Of a stretch of 64,000 nucleotides of DNA, positions 62,901 to 64,000 are shown one piece after another. A program made the translations under genes and the position numbers. The notes under the pieces are model-generated. The model searched no databases, had not been told where the DNA came from, and was given only the letters and a program-made list of their open reading frames with translations. The stretch's first letter is position 1. Each line of letters opens with the position of its first letter. Source of the DNA: Hormiphora californensis (Eukaryota > Animalia > Ctenophora); NCBI GenBank assembly GCA_020137815.1, contig CM035361.1, positions 2,976,001 to 3,040,000 on the forward strand. Reading direction: 5' to 3'.

Positions 62901-64000
62901 CTACTGATTTACCCTTCAGATGGGTAAAACGAAAGTGGAGCGAGGGCTCATGTACACACACTGCGAGCACTGCTGACTCCTGGTGGGAGGTTGATCTAGG
63001 GAGATCTACCAATATTGATCATATCATGATCTATGGAAGGAATGATGGGCATCAAAACAGACTGCAGTGGTATGTGGTAATCAGGAACCGACCGAATCAG
63101 GAAATACTGGTCCCTGATTGGCTGATAACCAGTCACGTGACCTAAATAAAGAGTTCTGATTGGTTGTTTACTTGTGTCGGTCGGTTCCTGGTGATAATGA
63201 TTTGAAGATTTCAACCAGGTTGTAGGTGATTGGAATTCTGTAAATTGTATTAATTAATTAGTTAATTTAATCAAATAATTAATTAGTTAATTGGTATCGG
63301 TTACAGGGCTCGAGTTTGGCTGGGTAATAACTTCTGCGAATGGCTAACCGAGGATACTGCCGATGAAAGCGACACGGGAGATGTCTCCATCTTTAAAATC
63401 AAATGCCCCGAGGGATCTTACGGACAAAAGGTATAAAATATAATCATTTGAATGGAACTTTTTCATGAGTCGTGAAAATACTGGGGCATTAGCTGAGCTG
63501 TATTAAAGAGGAATATTTGATGGTAACTGTTGCCTGCAGATTTCCTAAATTGGCTATTAACTCCCACAGCAACGTATCACGTGACTATAAACCGTGTTCC
63601 AGGTTCGAATTGAAAGGCTTGCCAACTACCTTACCCTGTGTGAGGTCCAGGTGAAGGTACGGAGCGAAACTTTGGAGGACGACTCCGATGAAATGCCCAC
63701 CACAACTCCTAGTAAGTGTTACCATAGCAACCATATAACTCCCAGTAAGTGTTACCATAGTAACCACTAAACTCCTAGTATAAGTGTTACCATAGCAACC
63801 ATACCACTCCTAGTAAGTGTTACCATAGCAACCAAAACTCCTGAGTCCTGGTAAGTGTTACCATAGCAACCACTAAACTCCTAGTAAGTGTTACCATAAT
63901 CAATTAACTAATTAACTAATTCCTAGCGATCTATAACGTGGCAAGAAGGAAGAAGACAGTCCAATCTTCAGTTGGATGGGGCGGTATCTCAGATCGAGCT
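56967..64000 (+). CDS. Secreted multi-domain F-type lectin (fucolectin/FTP domain, at least 5 tandem domains); continues past the right edge
   Basis: Exons start at ~56967, 57500, 57911, 58218, 58730, 59021, 59258, 60225, 61819, 62041, 62272, 62668, 62920, 63306, 63603 and 63927. Repeated F-lectin signature NVA..K.T.QSS...RAVDG...SCTH...WW.VDLG...R.D....R...LTLCEV.V. Confidence 0.92.
57158..57266. mobile_element. 109-bp hAT-type MITE (reverse orientation)
   Basis: Same family as 4142-4250. Confidence 0.8.
57686..57872. repeat. 31-bp tandem repeat (x6)
   Basis: gtgctgaaacg(g/a)aataactttgcgtgatttac. Confidence 0.9.
59389..60120. mobile_element. Probable non-autonomous interspersed element with multiple GC-rich hairpins, class unclear
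   Basis: Hairpins caatagacgcactg/cagtgcgtctattg and cgagcgtcagcgag; repeated gtgcgtctat motifs; GC-richer than the surrounding intron; boundaries approximate. Confidence 0.45.
60533..61777. mobile_element. Tc1/mariner-type non-autonomous element with ~250-bp TIRs
   Basis: ta|CAGGGTGTTCATATGGGATC ... GATCCCATATGAACACCCTG|ta; internal ~90-bp direct repeat at ~60942-61031 and ~61447-61535. Confidence 0.87.
63082..63190. mobile_element. 109-bp hAT-type MITE
   Basis: Same family; flanks gtggtaat / gtgataat (7/8 match). Confidence 0.83.
63704..63897. repeat. Tandem repeat (~6 copies) reiterating a splice donor of the F-lectin gene
   Basis: actccta|gtaagtgttaccatagcaacc repeated. Confidence 0.88.

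Overview
Eukaryotic genomic DNA, rich in introns and repeats. It is most likely a ctenophore (inference from the repeat families, a lineage-typical secreted domain and the nested-gene architecture). Minus strand: NOMO (running off the left edge), CCDC170, MCFD2 and a small two-exon orphan. Plus strand: four genes of a secreted family built from an uncharacterised ~140-aa domain with or without Sushi/CCP modules (three nested antisense in introns of NOMO and CCDC170), a ~22-exon gene resembling coral skeletal aspartic-acid-rich proteins (SAARP) with an Asp-rich repeat and three Cys-rich modules, and a multi-domain F-type lectin running off the right edge. A full-length RTE-clade LINE has inserted into one nested gene and begins exactly with an HDV-like ribozyme fold that has an unusually enlarged L3. 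Many MITE families (pogo/Tc1-, hAT- and Kolobok-type), a 1.6-kb Chapaev-like foldback and recurrent tandem repeats that copy splice sites are also present. About 25.9-30.9 kb and 40.3-40.75 kb look like unpolished, homopolymer-corrupted sequence. All gene models were assembled by eye from GT-AG boundaries and reading-frame phase; homology calls rest on recalled family motifs, not searches.
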